DNA from: a virus
Taxonomy: Duplodnaviria > Caudoviricetes
Length of the DNA stretch: 50,812 nt
Direction: 5' to 3' (one strand)
IMG/VR virus record: IMGVR_UViG_3300035670_000305
Coordinates: 1 to 50,812 of that record
Positions 7,712 through 16,336 of this stretch are shown piece by piece. The number at the start of each line of letters is the position of its first letter. The stretch's first letter is position 1. The translations under genes were made by a program, and so were the position numbers. The notes under the pieces are model-generated. The model saw nothing but the letters and a program-made list of their open reading frames with translations. It did no database searches and was not told the DNA's origin.

Positions 7712-8323
7712 ATGTCATTCAATATTAGCGTATTTTTTTCCGCCGTCCGCAGCGGGCTTTTGGGGCCAAAGCTAGATGAGGGGGAGGTAAATGGCTGTGA
7801 AGCCATACTTGAAGCGATGGCGGGAATGCCAGTCTCTTGGGCCGCGTATGCCCTTGGAACAGCTTACCATGAAACAGCGCACACCATGCAGCCTATTAAG
7901 GAATATGGCGGGCCGAAATATTTTACCCGCATGTATGACATAACCGGCGCGCGGCCCACGATGGCCAAAAAGATGGGCAACACAACGCCAGGGGACGGGC
8001 CGAAATATTGCGGGCGCGGTTACGTCCAGCTTACTTGGCGCGTAAATTATGCCCTTGCCGGTGATAAGCTGCGTGTTGATTTGGTGAACGATCCAGACTT
8101 GGCAATGAATAAAGACATTGCCGCAAGCATCATGCGGGAGGGCATGAAGGCGGGCTGGTTCACTGGCAAGAAACTGGCGGACTATCTGCCAAACGGCACA
8201 GCAACGCTTGCCCAATTCAAAGCGGCGCGCCGGATCATAAATGGCACGGACCGCGCAGAACTTATCGCAAGCTACGCGGTCCAATTTCAGGAAGCACTTG
8301 TTGCAGCGGAGTGGGGCAAATGA
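7712..8323 (+). CDS. Endolysin, glycoside hydrolase family 19-like
   Basis: AYHET, YCGRGYVQLTW..NY, ARRIING motifs. Confidence 0.85.
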   Translation: MSFNISVFFSAVRSGLLGPKLDEGEVNGCEAILEAMAGMPVSWAAYALGTAYHETAHTMQPIKEYGGPKYFTRMYDITGARPTMAKKMGNTTPGDGPKYCGRGYVQLTWRVNYALAGDKLRVDLVNDPDLAMNKDIAASIMREGMKAGWFTGKKLADYLPNGTATLAQFKAARRIINGTDRAELIASYAVQFQEALVAAEWGK

Positions 8324-8568
8324 GCGCCGAAATCATCACGCTGTTTGAAACGAACTGCGCCGACATTCCATCAATGCTGCGCGGCACGGCTGACAACATC
8401 GAAGCGGAAACCGATGAGCATGTTCGCACGGAAAGCATCATCTGCGTTCAAATCCATGAAAACGGCGATCTGCAAGTTTACGGATGGGGCCGCACCGATA
8501 CGCACCAGTGCATAGCCAATCTTGAAATTGCCAAGCACCAGCTAATCCAAGGGATTTATGATGTTTGA
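8320..8568 (+). CDS. Conserved hypothetical protein in lysis cassette
   Basis: Paralog of 44522-44770. Confidence 0.7.
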   Translation: MSAEIITLFETNCADIPSMLRGTADNIEAETDEHVRTESIICVQIHENGDLQVYGWGRTDTHQCIANLEIAKHQLIQGIYDV

Positions 8569-8824
8569 CCTGACAACACCAGACGGGCGCAGGGCTGCCG
8601 CCTTTGCCGCCATATTGGGTGGCTGTTTTACAATGACCGTCTTTGCAGCCTTTGGCGTGTATATCGTTCGCAAGGACGCTGGCTTGTCGTTCTGGCTGGC
8701 CTTGGCTGCCCATGCTCAAATTACGCTTGGCCTGTCTGCCTTTACCGCTCTCTTTGTGAAGCGGTCTATTTCCGTTGGCAAAGATGGCGTGACCATTGAA
8801 GACAAGCAGAAGGGCGACAAATGA
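8558..8824 (+). CDS. Putative holin (2 TM)
   Basis: Two hydrophobic helices, charged C-terminus, between endolysin and spanin. Confidence 0.55.
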   Translation: MMFDLTTPDGRRAAAFAAILGGCFTMTVFAAFGVYIVRKDAGLSFWLALAAHAQITLGLSAFTALFVKRSISVGKDGVTIEDKQKGDK

Positions 8825-9327
8825 TAGCCCTAATCGCAAACTATAAGCGCATCATATACGGCACGGCCTTAGCCCTGCTTGGCACGTTGCTACTGGTGCA
8901 GACAGCCCGGATAGAGGGCTTCCTTTTCTGGGATGGCCTGAAGGCTGAAAACACCGCCCTTCGCGAAACCGTGGCAAGCATCAAAGCGGCACAGGAGCAG
9001 GCAACCAAACTAGCCATTGCCGAAAAGAAGCGCATTGAACAGGACAACGAAAGGAAGGCACAAGATGCCCGCGAACTGGAAAAGAAACTGCGTGTTGACT
9101 ATGACCGCCGCCTTGCTGGCTGGCTGCGCGCACAAGCTGGAAGTAACACCGGCAACGCCAATCTGTCCAAAACCGGCGAAGCCACCAGCGGAATTGATGG
9201 AGAAGGTCGATCTGCCTTCGTTCCTGAAGGATACGTTCTAACGCCTATTCGGGATTTGGAGTTGAGCGCACAGGCTTTTGCGAAGCTAGAGGCTTGGCAG
9301 GCTTGGGGGCGTTCGTTGTCTGAATAA
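8821..9327 (+). CDS. Rz: i-spanin (Rz-like)
   Basis: N-terminal TM plus coiled coil; embedded lipoprotein gene. Confidence 0.75.
   Translation: MIALIANYKRIIYGTALALLGTLLLVQTARIEGFLFWDGLKAENTALRETVASIKAAQEQATKLAIAEKKRIEQDNERKAQDARELEKKLRVDYDRRLAGWLRAQAGSNTGNANLSKTGEATSGIDGEGRSAFVPEGYVLTPIRDLELSAQAFAKLEAWQAWGRSLSE
9065..9241 (+). CDS. Rz1: Embedded o-spanin lipoprotein (Rz1-like)
   Basis: LLAGC lipobox, Pro-rich, nested in +1 frame; conserved at 45441-45623. Confidence 0.8.
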   Translation: MPANWKRNCVLTMTAALLAGCAHKLEVTPATPICPKPAKPPAELMEKVDLPSFLKDTF

Positions 9328-9496
9328 GCAACTCAACAGCAACTTGCACGGGGCCGGGAATGTCACCGGTAAAGTCATCGCTTTCCCATTTGCTGATTGA
9401 TTGCCAGCCCCAATTGCCCATACGCAAAACCTTGGCCATCTCCTTTTGAGAGAGGCCAAGGGCTTTGCGGGCGGTGCGGAAGTCAGCGGGGGTCAT
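9245..9496 (-). CDS. XRE-type HTH regulator
   Basis: MTPADFRTARKALGLSQKEMAKVL...SKWE; paralog 48830-49057. Confidence 0.8.
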   Translation of the reverse strand: MTPADFRTARKALGLSQKEMAKVLRMGNWGWQSISKWESDDFTGDIPGPVQVAVELLIQTTNAPKPAKPLASQKPVRSTPNPE

Positions 9497-9782
9497 TGGC
9501 GTCCTTTTGTTTTTTCCAATTCTCAAACTCCGCAAATGCGCCTTCTAAATCAGCCCTGCACGAACTGCACTCATTGCCCGAACCTTCGGGAACTATAGCG
9601 CCACAGTAGCAACACCATTGTGGGGAGACGGCAGCGCAAAACCTGCGCGCCCTCTGTAATGTTTTTGCATCATCGCCAGTTGAAAATATTAACGCGACTA
9701 AACGGCCCTTGTCGGTTTTGACCAAAACGTCACCGTTGCACGGCCCTTCTCGATCAAGGTCAAAAGTCCAAGGCGCGCTCAT
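9483..9782 (-). CDS. Hypothetical protein with CxxC...CxxC zinc ribbon
   Basis: CCYC and CSSC; TGATG-coupled to upstream gene. Confidence 0.6.
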   Translation of the reverse strand: MSAPWTFDLDREGPCNGDVLVKTDKGRLVALIFSTGDDAKTLQRARRFCAAVSPQWCCYCGAIVPEGSGNECSSCRADLEGAFAEFENWKKQKDANDPR

Positions 9783-9901
9783 CAGAACGCAACCTTTGCT
9801 TTGGCTACGGGCAACCAGCGCAAAGCGCGAGGCGACCAATAGAAAAACTTGCCGTTTGATTTTTTTGCTTGGTAGGTCTTGCCGTTAATGGTGGCGGTCA
9901 T
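9782..9901 (-). CDS. 39-aa basic peptide MTATINGKTYQAKK...
   Basis: AGGAG RBS; first gene after a TTGACA promoter; identical at 49343-49462. Confidence 0.7.
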   Translation of the reverse strand: MTATINGKTYQAKKSNGKFFYWSPRALRWLPVAKAKVAF

Positions 9902-9944
9902 CTTACTTTCTCCTGCTAAGGCGGGGTCAATCCCCATAAACAGA

Positions 9945-9987
9945 CAGGTAAATGATTCCGCATTGCATGTCAACAATAAACGGAATC
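9945..9987 (-). promoter_or_regulatory. Cassette promoter with inverted repeat
   Basis: TTGACA at 9973-9968, flanked by GATTCCG (9954-9960) and CGGAATC (9981-9987). Confidence 0.55.
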
Positions 9988-9997
9988 TTTTTCCGCA

Positions 9998-11002
9998 TTA
10001 ATTCGCTTCCCATTTCCCCATCGCCCGCTTTGCCGACTTGCGCTGGTTATGCTTGCGCGAATAATGCTCAATCATCCGCAATGACTGGCCAGTGATGGCT
10101 TTGACTTCCTGTATTGAGCAGCCTGCCTCTAGCAGCGTTCCAACGGCGTTCTTGCGTAGCCCGTGGGGTTTATAGCCCTTTGTCCATTTCATGATCCGCA
10201 TCCGCAGCGCCTCGGCTGTTAGCGGCTTGCCATTGGCTTGGCATAGGATGGTGGTTAAGCCCTTTGGATATTCGGCAAGGATTGCTTCCAGCTTGCTATG
10301 GATTGGCAGCCAAAGTTCCGGCGTTCGCTTGTGGGGCGGAACGTATATTTCCCCATCCTTGATGTCTTGCCAGCGCATCCGCACGACGGCCCCAATCCGC
10401 TGGCCTGTGTAATAAAGCAAGGCGACGGGCAAACGCAGTTCAGTCTTTAGCGCCGCCTCAATCAAGGCTTCTGGCCAAGGTTCATGCTCAGCCGCTTCGT
10501 GGTCAATCCGCATGTCTTTTGTCGGATCAAAGTCAGGTGGCAGCTTGTCGTTTTCGCGGCCATATCGAAACAGCGTTCTAAGCACGGCAAGCTGCATCTT
10601 TTGTGCGCCATAGCCTTGTTGCTCTAACAGTTCGCGAATATCGGGGCGGGTGATCTTTGTGACTGGCCAGCTACCGCGCTGCAAGTCGGTAAATTCATCA
10701 AGCAGCTTGTTTAGATATATGACATAGGTGTCTTGCGTGGATTGTGACCGCTTCTTGAAACTGTCGCTAGTCTGATAAGCCTTCACCAGTTCGGCAACGG
10801 TGTAAATTCGTTCGCGATTGTTGCGCTTGGTCTTGATTGCCAGATAGGCCGCAAACTTCGTTCCAAATTCCGGCGAACGCGGATCGGGCAAAGGGCGCAG
10901 CAATTGCTTGCCTTTGTGAAACTCGCCTGTCTTGAAATAAGCGTAACGCTTACCCTTGGCAGTTACGAATTTTATATGCTCTGCAAACGGCCCTTTTGCC
11001 AT
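9998..11002 (-). CDS. int: Tyrosine integrase
   Basis: YTGQR, HGLR, TGQS and IEHY catalytic motifs. Confidence 0.92.
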   Translation of the reverse strand: MAKGPFAEHIKFVTAKGKRYAYFKTGEFHKGKQLLRPLPDPRSPEFGTKFAAYLAIKTKRNNRERIYTVAELVKAYQTSDSFKKRSQSTQDTYVIYLNKLLDEFTDLQRGSWPVTKITRPDIRELLEQQGYGAQKMQLAVLRTLFRYGRENDKLPPDFDPTKDMRIDHEAAEHEPWPEALIEAALKTELRLPVALLYYTGQRIGAVVRMRWQDIKDGEIYVPPHKRTPELWLPIHSKLEAILAEYPKGLTTILCQANGKPLTAEALRMRIMKWTKGYKPHGLRKNAVGTLLEAGCSIQEVKAITGQSLRMIEHYSRKHNQRKSAKRAMGKWEAN

Positions 11003-11181
11003 ACGTCCTCCGGGGCGTCAAAAATGCGTTCAATGTCCGTCATCCGCCAGCGTTCCTTGTCATTCAATAGAACAGGCTGCGGCAGTTCACCGCTTGCCAC
11101 CGCTTTAAGAAACTCGGCTTGCGTCATATCGCAATAAGCGGCTGCTGTGCTTAGTTTCATAAGGGAAGGCCAGTGTTTCAT
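10972..11181 (-). CDS. Excisionase-like winged HTH protein
   Basis: AAAYC...GELPQP...RW; directly upstream of integrase. Confidence 0.7.
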   Translation of the reverse strand: MKHWPSLMKLSTAAAYCDMTQAEFLKAVASGELPQPVLLNDKERWRMTDIERIFDAPEDVWQKGRLQSI

Positions 11182-11375
11182 TTGGGCGGCTCCGGTAGGG
11201 GCATCCAGTGGCTAGGCACAATGCCAACCGGAGACGTAAACGAGAGTTCAATCCAGCCCCGATCCTCCAAGTGCCAGCCCACTACAATTCCGGACGCAGT
11301 TGCGTGTTGGCAGCGGGCAAAAAGCAGAACTGGCCATCCATCCTTGGGCGCTGTGTCTATTGGCTGCCAAGTCAT
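11178..11375 (-). CDS. DUF551-like phage protein
   Basis: WQPIDTAPKDG...SHWMPLPEPP. Confidence 0.8.
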   Translation of the reverse strand: MTWQPIDTAPKDGWPVLLFARCQHATASGIVVGWHLEDRGWIELSFTSPVGIVPSHWMPLPEPPK

Positions 11376-11453
11376 TTGAACAATCTCCATTTCTTGCGTT
11401 CCATCGGCATAATGTTGGCAGGGAGAGCCGAAACTCTCCCCGTCAATGTGGAT

Positions 11454-11672
11454 TTACGCTGCATCGAGCAGGGCAAGCGGTTCAAAGGTTTCAACGCGCA
11501 TCTGCATGGCGACGGCTTCCAGCTTCATCGTGTCGATGATTTGCTTGGTGACGTATGCTCGCGCCCGTGCGTCTGCGTTCCGCAATTCTCCCGACCGCAG
11601 TTTTTGCAAGTCGTCCAGAAGCATCCGGCGAATTGACACGGTTGAGGTTACTTCGTTTTGCACTAGCTTCAT
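11454..11672 (-). CDS. Hypothetical protein
   Basis: Protein-like helical sequence in the leftward operon. Confidence 0.55.
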   Translation of the reverse strand: MKLVQNEVTSTVSIRRMLLDDLQKLRSGELRNADARARAYVTKQIIDTMKLEAVAMQMRVETFEPLALLDAA

Positions 11673-12267
11673 CTTTTTGCCTTTCTGCAATAGCCGACTT
11701 TAATTCTTTCCATAAAGCGGCGTCGGCTTCCGCTTTTGAAACTTTGTAATTCGCAAGGTGGCGCATCATCGAAACGCAATCGGTGCAAACCATTGTTCCT
11801 TCGTTCCTCACTAACCGCTTGCTTGTGTAATCCAGCACTCGTGAACAGCGGTCGCACTTTGGCGGCAAGTCTCGGCAGATTTGGAAAATGTGGTATTTTT
11901 CCAACGCTAAGTAAGTAAGAAGGCGCTCGCCCGACCACTTGCAAACATAGTCCCCACTGTCGGTTTGGCGCGTTTGCCATGAAAGCCCGTTATGCGCGTT
12001 AAACAGCCTATCGTGCCTGCAATCTAAATCTGATTGCTTTGCTCCTATTCCCTGTGGGCGCACGGTTAAAATTCCATATTCCTGCGCTTCTTTTATAAGC
12101 CATTGGCGTATTTGTGCGGCGCTGTATTGCCGCAAAAGATAGGGAAACTCCGGCCCAAGCCCAACAGCTTGCTCTACGCATAGCTTTTTGAATGCCAAAG
12201 CCTTCGTGACTAGGTTTCGCGTTCCCATTGGGTTAGCCCCGACCGAAGCTCGTAAGGGCCGAGACAA
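11491..12267 (-). CDS. Hypothetical protein with CxxC pairs; start and C-terminal overlap uncertain
   Basis: CDRC...CTDC; long ORF on the operon strand. Confidence 0.45.
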   Translation of the reverse strand: MSRPLRASVGANPMGTRNLVTKALAFKKLCVEQAVGLGPEFPYLLRQYSAAQIRQWLIKEAQEYGILTVRPQGIGAKQSDLDCRHDRLFNAHNGLSWQTRQTDSGDYVCKWSGERLLTYLALEKYHIFQICRDLPPKCDRCSRVLDYTSKRLVRNEGTMVCTDCVSMMRHLANYKVSKAEADAALWKELKSAIAERQKDEASAKRSNLNRVNSPDASGRLAKTAVGRIAERRRTGASIRHQANHRHDEAGSRRHADAR

Positions 12268-12400
12268 CTTGTTTGGCTCGGTTCACAAGGGCGGGAGATT
12301 GCTCCATCGGCATAATAGGGCCAGGAACCCGTTGCACATATTGATAGCCTTGGCGATATTGCCAGTTATCTTGACCGCGTGTTTCAATCCTTGCGCTCAT
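12233..12400 (-). CDS. 55-aa hypothetical protein MSARIETRGQDNWQY... (not in ORF track)
   Basis: Hand-translated; fills the gap downstream of ninB. Confidence 0.4.
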   Translation of the reverse strand: MSARIETRGQDNWQYRQGYQYVQRVPGPIMPMEQSPALVNRAKQVVSALTSFGRG

Positions 12401-12454
12401 AAAAACTACACGGCGCTTCTTAAGCTAGTCCCGTGTCTCCTTGGGGGTTAGAAG

Positions 12455-12832
12455 CTACTCGCTCCATCTGACGCCATGCCGGTCGCCATACGAAGCTATG
12501 AAATCAATCAGGTCGCGCATTTCAGCCACCTTCAGGCGCGATGATGAAAAGCCGACAGGAAACGGGTTGCCGCCCTCGATGCCGTTCAAGAACTGCACTT
12601 CATGGCCGCAGGCGTTCATAAACAGCGCCTTCCACATTTCCGGCGTATGGGTGCGGCCTTCAGGCTTGGAGCGCGACACATCGGACAACATGGCCCAAAG
12701 CTTGTCGTTTTGTTCCAGTGACCGCCGCGCCTCGGATATACGCACCACGGCGTTATCGGGGGCTTTGTTTATCAATTCCTTGGCAAGCCACCTTTGGTAG
12801 TTGCCGGTTAGCCTAACGGTCTGCGCCATCAC
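12455..12832 (-). CDS. ninB: NinB/Orf-like recombination protein
   Basis: RSLEQNDKLWAML, WKALF, SSSRL...EMRDLIDFI. Confidence 0.85.
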   Translation of the reverse strand: MMAQTVRLTGNYQRWLAKELINKAPDNAVVRISEARRSLEQNDKLWAMLSDVSRSKPEGRTHTPEMWKALFMNACGHEVQFLNGIEGGNPFPVGFSSSRLKVAEMRDLIDFIASYGDRHGVRWSE

Positions 12833-13157
12833 GCGCCCTTTCCAATTCGATTCGTTTTGGACTGGCCTTCACAAAAGCCCGCGCCAGTTCCTTCATGTCT
12901 ATTTGATGCTTTTCCTCAAACGAGGCTTCGCCAATGCGGTGCTGTTCACTGTGGCAATCGCTGCAAAGGCTGATTGTCCACATATCCCCCGGCTTAAGCC
13001 CCATGCCGCCGTTCGTTCCCGTCCTGACATGAGCGACTTCTATGCGGTCATAGCTGCCACAGGCGCAGCAGGCGTGGGAGCGAACGAACTTGCAATGCGC
13101 TGGCGATACGAACCGCTTGGCGCGCTTTGCTGCTTGGGGCTTGCGTGGGGGAAGCAT
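12813..13157 (-). CDS. DUF968-like putative HNH nuclease
   Basis: CCAC, AHVR, GMGLKPGD, LCSDCH..QH. Confidence 0.8.
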   Translation of the reverse strand: MLPPRKPQAAKRAKRFVSPAHCKFVRSHACCACGSYDRIEVAHVRTGTNGGMGLKPGDMWTISLCSDCHSEQHRIGEASFEEKHQIDMKELARAFVKASPKRIELERARDGADR

Positions 13158-13621
13158 TAAAAAACGCGGCCCTCAAAGCGCATGTCGGCAGACGCAAAAG
13201 GAACGTCCTGATCCAAGTCATCGGCAAAGCCGCTGCTTTGGTAATTTGCCTGCTGCTGCGCCCCTGTATCGCTGCCAGCGCCCTTTGCGTCTCCAAGCAT
13301 TGTCAGCTTGTCGATGTGCACTTCTGTTGAATAGCGATCCGCGCCGCTTTGGTCTTGCCATTTGCGGGTGCGAAACTCACCGACAACGGCAATCTGCGAA
13401 CCTTTCCGCAAATAGCGCTCAATGACGCCAACAAGCCCATCTTGGCCAGCCACAAGGCTCACCCATTCGGTGCGCTCTTTGCGTTCGCCTGTGTTGCGGT
13501 CTTTCCATTGAGAGCCGACCGCAAGCCGCATGTTGGCAATGCGCCCGCCGTTCTGGAATGACTTAATTTCAGGGTCCGCGCCAAGGCGTCCGGTGAATGT
13601 GCATTGGTTTATATCTGACAT
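13157..13621 (-). CDS. ssb: Single-stranded DNA-binding protein
   Basis: GRLGADPE, ERTEW, RTRKWQDQ, acidic DVPF near the C-terminus. Confidence 0.95.
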   Translation of the reverse strand: MSDINQCTFTGRLGADPEIKSFQNGGRIANMRLAVGSQWKDRNTGERKERTEWVSLVAGQDGLVGVIERYLRKGSQIAVVGEFRTRKWQDQSGADRYSTEVHIDKLTMLGDAKGAGSDTGAQQQANYQSSGFADDLDQDVPFASADMRFEGRVF

Positions 13622-14241
13622 TATGCTGCCTTCCTGTAGCGTTCGGTTAGGTCGGCAACGGTTGCGTCAACCTCTGCCAAAAATTCGGTCACGTGCGCGG
13701 ATATGTCCGCGAGCATTTCTTCGTCGCGTTCAACGCGGGTGATGTGCATCTGCATTTCATCGGGCAGGCGCGGGTCAAAGCTGACAAAGTCGCACCATTG
13801 CGTTCCAGTGCAGGCCATCTGCCATTGCATTTGCTTGATGTATTTGCCGTCAATGCCAGCGCCGCGTAGGGTTGCTATGTGCGTTGCTGAATTCGGGCAT
13901 TTTATCTCAATAAGCCCGTCAGTGCCGATAAGCCCGTCTGGTGACGCGCCCGACATGGCAATTTCGGGATGGTCAAAAAAGCCGCACTCAATAACCCCGT
14001 TTCCGGTTTCAAGTTCATACATGGCGCGGGCTTGCGCTTCCGTATCAATCCCCCATTGCATCGCAGCATTGGTGAAACTGTCGGCAGGACGTCCGGTTAG
14101 CCGTTCGCTGACAAGTTGCGCGGCATAGTTAGCCCGGTCGGCGCCCCATCCTGTTTTGGTGCGCGCCATCACCTTGTAAATCGCGCTGGCAGTCACCTTG
14201 CCACAACGGGCAAGGAACCAGTCATCAGTTCGTTGTTCCAT
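13621..14241 (-). CDS. Lambda exonuclease / YqaJ-family nuclease
   Basis: R.GKVTAS, AMQWG..E, ASPDG, EIKCP, QMQWQM. Confidence 0.9.
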   Translation of the reverse strand: MEQRTDDWFLARCGKVTASAIYKVMARTKTGWGADRANYAAQLVSERLTGRPADSFTNAAMQWGIDTEAQARAMYELETGNGVIECGFFDHPEIAMSGASPDGLIGTDGLIEIKCPNSATHIATLRGAGIDGKYIKQMQWQMACTGTQWCDFVSFDPRLPDEMQMHITRVERDEEMLADISAHVTEFLAEVDATVADLTERYRKAA

Positions 14242-14821
14242 TCTTCTTCTCCAATTTCCGTTCAAGCTGCGCCCGCAAGCGCGGGAAGTCTGCCGCAGCA
14301 AGTTCTTTCAGTGCTTCGACTTTGTAGGCTTTGCAGATGCCTTGAATGTCAGCGCCGGTCGTTTCGATTAGCGCCTGAAGCACTCCGAATTGCGTTTGGT
14401 CGATTGTTGCGCTATCATTGGCAGGCGGACGCTGGCTAACCGTGCTACTGCTTTGTCCAGCGTCCGCCCCTTTGCTATCCTGCTGGTGAATAGCGTTCTG
14501 CACTTCGTTGGCAGATGCAAATTCAGTGCCGCCAAATCCAAAGGCTGCCAGTGCGCGACCAATGGCGCTGGTTTCGCAATTCTCAAGCGCGCTGGTGCGG
14601 TTAATCTGTGACGAAGTGCGATATTCCTCTGCATGGCCTGTCGCCACAATGCGGCCCGTTTCGTCGGCAATCTGCGCTTGCATCACGACGCATTCCTGGT
14701 CGCGAACCACAACCGATGTTGTCAGCGCATAGTTCGGGCAAGCGTCGCGGAACTTCGACACGCGCAAGGCTACAGTGTGATATTCCTTGCCTCGAATATT
14801 GGTGATGCCTGTGTCAGTCAT
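14225..14821 (-). CDS. Putative single-strand annealing protein
   Basis: ENCETSAIGRALA motif; next to exonuclease and SSB. Confidence 0.65.
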   Translation of the reverse strand: MTDTGITNIRGKEYHTVALRVSKFRDACPNYALTTSVVVRDQECVVMQAQIADETGRIVATGHAEEYRTSSQINRTSALENCETSAIGRALAAFGFGGTEFASANEVQNAIHQQDSKGADAGQSSSTVSQRPPANDSATIDQTQFGVLQALIETTGADIQGICKAYKVEALKELAAADFPRLRAQLERKLEKKNGTTN

Positions 14822-15092
14822 TTGCTAAATCCTCGTGTGTTTCATCAAACCATTCGCAGAACTCTTGCTGTGTGAATCCATCGGCCTGTTCGAGTGCATC
14901 AAAAGCCTCGTCGGTGACGTAGGGGCGGAAAGTGCTTTGCAGGACGCGCACTTGCTGGCTGAAACCACCTGTCATTTCGGCGCTCCTGCCAGCACCAGCA
15001 CGAGTGGGAAAAGCACAACTGCCAAGCCCTCTAGTGCGGGTGTCTTTAGTGTCTTAATTGCCTCACGGCCTTCACGAGCGCGGTTGAGTAGC

Positions 15093-15335
15093 TTAAGCAT
15101 CGCGCTTGCTCCTTTCGGCTATCATGGCGTCGGCTATTTCGCCCGCCCGCTTTGCTATTGCGGAGGCCTCGCCTTTCGGTGCGTGATCTGCTATGAATTG
15201 CGAAGCGCAAATCCCCTGCAAAGCCGCTGCTGCAAAATAGTCTCGGAGCGTCATGCCGCCTTCATGGATAAGGCGCATATTTCCTTCTGCATCCATCCAC
15301 TCATTGCCCTGTGGAAAAGCTAGAATATCAGTCAT
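15093..15335 (-). CDS. Small phage protein (GMTLRDYFAA family)
   Basis: AFP...GMTLRDYFAAAALQG...IADAMIAER. Confidence 0.75.
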   Translation of the reverse strand: MTDILAFPQGNEWMDAEGNMRLIHEGGMTLRDYFAAAALQGICASQFIADHAPKGEASAIAKRAGEIADAMIAERSKRDA

Positions 15336-15358
15336 CGCGCTTGCTCCTTTCGGCTATC
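15098..15358. repeat. 26-bp direct repeat at gene junctions (15098-15123 and 15333-15358)
   Basis: CATCGCGCTTGCTCCTTTCGGCTATC twice; contains AGGAG RBS and ATG on the minus strand. Confidence 0.9.
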
Positions 15359-15549
15359 CTTGTGACTTGGCCTTCGTAGAAACGGGCTGCGGTATATTTC
15401 TCTCCGCAGCGGTCGCATTCTAATCTGACGCATAAGTGTTCGGAGCCAATGCCATCGCGTCCGCAAGAGACAACATCGCCATATAGCCCATCACCCCACC
15501 AACCCCGCCGCCGAGTGTGGCCAAACATTTTGCATAGCCACTTCATCAC
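15328..15549 (-). CDS. Hypothetical protein
   Basis: WLCKMFGH...CDRC; bracketed by junction repeats. Confidence 0.6.
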   Translation of the reverse strand: MMKWLCKMFGHTRRRGWWGDGLYGDVVSCGRDGIGSEHLCVRLECDRCGEKYTAARFYEGQVTRIAERSKRDD

Positions 15550-15971
15550 TGCTCTCCCTTCATCTGTTCAAAGCGGGTGCGAATAAGATCGATTGCGGAG
15601 CGATCTGTCGCAGTCACATGGCCGTCTCGCACTAACCCTGCATAGCTCGGCTCGCCTCGCGCCTCCCAAATGTCCGCCCACAGTTCCGTTGCCCAATCTT
15701 TTTCAGGAGCAAGCGTTATGCCGTGCTTGGCCAGTTCTTCGGCGGGGAGCCTACGGATTACATGAAGCGCAGCATCTACCTGCCATTCGTAGGGCTTTGC
15801 ATCGTCATTCGGGCTGTTGAGTGCTTCGCTGCTTTCACCAACGGCTTCAGCCGGAACAAGGTAGGCTCGACCTACCCACCAATAGGGCTCGTCACCATTG
15901 CCCTTCATCCCCTCACGCCAATTGGGCGGAGCATGGCCATCATGTTCGGGTTTCCAGATTGCGTAGGTCAT
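15546..15971 (-). CDS. Hypothetical protein
   Basis: ATGA-coupled in the leftward operon. Confidence 0.55.
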   Translation of the reverse strand: MTYAIWKPEHDGHAPPNWREGMKGNGDEPYWWVGRAYLVPAEAVGESSEALNSPNDDAKPYEWQVDAALHVIRRLPAEELAKHGITLAPEKDWATELWADIWEARGEPSYAGLVRDGHVTATDRSAIDLIRTRFEQMKGEQ

Positions 15972-16336
15972 TTGCTTGCCTCCAGCTTGGCGATGGCGCT
16001 GGCCAATCCGTCGCGCGCACCCTCGACGCTTGGAATGTATGGGTGAACCTCAAGGTCTGCGCTGTTTATCGTGCCCAAAAACCCGCAATAGCGCGCAAGC
16101 ATTTCGTGGGCGTCCCGCGCAGCCTCCACCAGTTCAGTAATCACGCTGTTAGGGGTGCGGGTGTTCCATGCGGTGATGGCTTCGGCTTCGGTGCCGCAAA
16201 CAGGGCCATTTGCAGCGCAACTCTCGCACTCAACAAAACGTCCGTTAATGGTTTCGCCTGTCGGGTCGGTTGAGTAGCTAAGGCTAACGCCTGCGGACTG
16301 GCAAAACGGGCACGGTTTCAGCTTATCCATTGTCAT
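15968..16336 (-). CDS. Lar-family restriction alleviation protein
   Basis: LKPCPFC...CESC...AITAWNTR. Confidence 0.8.
   Translation of the reverse strand: MTMDKLKPCPFCQSAGVSLSYSTDPTGETINGRFVECESCAANGPVCGTEAEAITAWNTRTPNSVITELVEAARDAHEMLARYCGFLGTINSADLEVHPYIPSVEGARDGLASAIAKLEASK

Larger units (their letters stand above)
1..9939. mobile_element. Phage A, left part: ejection genes, tailspike, lysis cassette, leftward 3-gene cassette (5'-truncated by window edge)
   Basis: Gene-for-gene paralogy with 36284-45700; ends in the left copy of the ~517-bp repeat. Confidence 0.8.
9423..9939. repeat. ~517-bp direct repeat, left copy
   Basis: Matches 48984-49500; core 9483-9930 appears identical (the 118-aa translations are identical). 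Confidence 0.95.

Noticed and set aside
7113-7770. Group I intron or ribosomal bypass across the HNH gene
   Set aside because: The HNH ORF fills almost the whole interval on the opposite strand, leaving no room for a ribozyme core, and the endolysin has its own RBS and start
9940-9998. att site beside the integrase
   Set aside because: Only short repeats (TTCCGCATT twice) that overlap the promoter; no host sequence or second core to confirm
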